A stretch of DNA of 50,387 nucleotides. Source: Hyphomicrobiales bacterium (lineage in GTDB: Bacteria > Pseudomonadota > Alphaproteobacteria > Rhizobiales > Aestuariivirgaceae). Location: NCBI GenBank assembly GCA_031364405.1, contig JANLWG010000137.1:1-50387 (forward strand), written 5' to 3'. Positions 48,616-50,387 of this stretch are shown in pieces. Within the stretch, counting starts at the first letter, position 1. Each line of letters starts with the position of its first letter. The notes beneath the pieces were generated by a model. It worked only from the letters and a program-made list of their open reading frames with translations, was not told the DNA's origin and did no database searches. Both the position numbers and the translations under genes were made by a program.

Positions 48616-48971
48616 GCTAGTGGATAGATAAATATCCCGCCATTTTGTGCTTCGGCCAGGACATAGTTGGGAGGCTTGCCGCCTTCCTGTACCTGCACCA
48701 CCCACCAATCTCCCGAAATGTTGACGAAGTTAACATCGATCTTAACTTTGCCGTCCGATGCCACGTAGTGTTGTCCTTCGGCGGTAAAGCTCAGTGTCTC
48801 CTCTTCCTTGGACCAGTTGCCGCCGGTCGAGGTGTAAGAGGCAAAGCGGGCGCCATAGGAGGCTAGCAATAGCTTGCTGTCTGCATCAGTGAAGATCGGT
48901 TGCTCCGACTGCAAGACGCAGCCACTCAGCGAGAAACATAAAACAACCGCGGCAAAAAATCGAGTCAGCAT
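48616..48971 (-). pseudogene. Lipoprotein truncated by IS481
   Basis: Lipobox LSGC. The reading frame runs into the IS481 end at 48615. Confidence 0.65.
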
Positions 48972-48998
48972 GGGCGATGGCTCCTGTCGTAAGCCCTG

Positions 48999-50387
48999 TT
49001 ACTCCGCCGCCTTCTGGGCATAACCAAGGCGCTCATTGAGCCGGTCGAGCAATGCCTCGGCTGCCTCCGGGATGACGGTGCCCGGCGGGAACACAGCGGT
49101 TGCGCCCATCTCCAGCAACGCCGCCACATCGCGCGGCGGAATAACCCCGCCGACAACGATCATGATGTCCGGCCGCCCCGCCTGATCGAGCGCCGCTTTG
49201 AGTGGGGGAATGTGGGCCAGGTGTCCGGCGGTTAACGATGAGAGGCCCACAATGTGCACGTTTTCCTTAACCGCTAGTTCGGCTACTTCCTCAGGGGTGG
49301 CAAACAGCGCGCCTATTTTCACATCAAAACCGATATCGGCGAAGGCAGATGCAATCACTTTCTGGCCGCGATCATGGCCATCCTGCCCGATCTTGGCGAC
49401 AAGAATGCATGGCGGCCGTCCATCTGCTTCGGTGAATGCCGCGGCCGAATTTTTTGCCGCGTCGATAATGTGGCGGTTCTTGGGCGTTGCGGCGTAGATG
49501 CCTTTGATGACCCGGGTTACCGCCTGATGCCGGCTCCAGACTCTTTCGAGCGCCGCCGAAATTTCCCCGACAGTCGCCTTGGCGCGCGCTGCATCAACGG
49601 CGGCAGCCAGCAAATTTCCCTCGCCGGATTTTGCCACCTGCGAAAGCCTGTTCAGCATTGCCTCACAATAAGCAGGATCACGCTCGGCCCGCAACCGCTG
49701 CAGTTTTTCGATCTGCTTGGCCCGCACCGCCGAATTGTCGACAGTCAGAATATCGATTTCCGCATCGACGCCCGACACATATTTGTTGACGCCGACCACC
49801 GTCTGCTCGCCGGTATCGATGCGTGCCTGTGTGCGAGCGGCGGCTTCCTCAATGCGGAGCTTCGGCACGCCCGTCTCGATCGCCCTGGCCATGCCGCCCA
49901 TCGCTTCGATTTCAGTGATATGCGCCCATGCTTTGGCGGCAAGATCAGCGGTGAGTTCTTCAACAAAATAACTCCCACCCCACGGATCGATCACCCGGCA
50001 GGTGCCTGCTTCCTGCTGCAGAAACAATTGGGTGTTGCGGGCGATGCGCGCGGAGAAATCGGTGGGCAGGGCCAGCGCCTCATCGAGCGAATTGGTGTGC
50101 AGAGATTGGGTTCCGCCCTGCGTCGCCGCCATCGCCTCAATGCAGGTGCGCGTTACATTGTTAAAGACATCTTGTGCCGCCAGGCTCCAGCCGCTGGTCT
50201 GGCAATGGGTGCGCAGTATCAGCGAGCGTTCATCCACCGGGCCAAGGCGCTGCATCAGCTTGGCCCAGATCACCCGCGCCGCCCGCATCTTCGCCACTTC
50301 CATGAAAAAATTCATGCCGATGGCCCAGAAGAACGAAAGACGCGGTGCGAATTTATCGATGTCGAGCCCCGCCGCCACACCGGCGCG
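48999..50387 (-). CDS. scpA: Methylmalonyl-CoA mutase, B12-dependent (5'-truncated by window edge)
   Basis: LRTHCQTSGWSL, QSLHTNSLDEALALPT and the cobalamin motif KIGQDGHDRG. Confidence 0.95.
   Translation of the reverse strand, partial: RAGVAAGLDIDKFAPRLSFFWAIGMNFFMEVAKMRAARVIWAKLMQRLGPVDERSLILRTHCQTSGWSLAAQDVFNNVTRTCIEAMAATQGGTQSLHTNSLDEALALPTDFSARIARNTQLFLQQEAGTCRVIDPWGGSYFVEELTADLAAKAWAHITEIEAMGGMARAIETGVPKLRIEEAAARTQARIDTGEQTVVGVNKYVSGVDAEIDILTVDNSAVRAKQIEKLQRLRAERDPAYCEAMLNRLSQVAKSGEGNLLAAAVDAARAKATVGEISAALERVWSRHQAVTRVIKGIYAATPKNRHIIDAAKNSAAAFTEADGRPPCILVAKIGQDGHDRGQKVIASAFADIGFDVKIGALFATPEEVAELAVKENVHIVGLSSLTAGHLAHIPPLKAALDQAGRPDIMIVVGGVIPPRDVAALLEMGATAVFPPGTVIPEAAEALLDRLNERLGYAQKAAE

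Noticed and set aside
1-50387. CRISPR array, rRNA, phage structural genes or recognisable anti-phage defence genes
   Set aside because: No regularly spaced repeat-spacer pattern or diagnostic motifs were seen by eye.

Overview
A 50-kb alphaproteobacterial (Rhizobiales-like gene content) accessory region lying between a 5'-truncated ggt at the left edge and a 5'-truncated methylmalonyl-CoA mutase at the right edge. The left part (1.4-19.3 kb) has three modules: (i) a MocR-regulated cluster with a DegT aminotransferase, a deletion-fused Gfo/Idh/MocA::IolE remnant, a sugar ABC transporter and a ChbG/YdjC deacetylase, probably for aminocyclitol use; (ii) a copper module with CueR, CopA, a perfect CueR operator, and a CutF-like leader gene ahead of a broken Tat-exported protein; (iii) a LysR-regulated ureohydrolase, NitT/TauT ABC transporter and GMC oxidoreductase operon. 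A junction zone (19.3-21.0 kb) holds pseudogenes, an IS6 remnant and a tRNA-Met 3'-end att-like site. From about 21.2 to 46.6 kb is a general-stress-response island: phyR, nepR, ecfG, a PAS-HWE kinase, an 8.6-kb NdvB/Cgs-like gene, and CsbD, DUF3309 (x2), DUF883, AI-2E (x2), BA14K, DUF992 and RTX genes. I found ten exact GGAAC-N16/17-CGTT EcfG promoters and four near matches there. One of them drives no credible ORF but a ~100-nt two-hairpin, C-rich-loop, terminator-ended candidate sRNA (44053-44153). IS110 and IS481 remnants close the region. All calls come from motif recognition by eye; no database searches were run.
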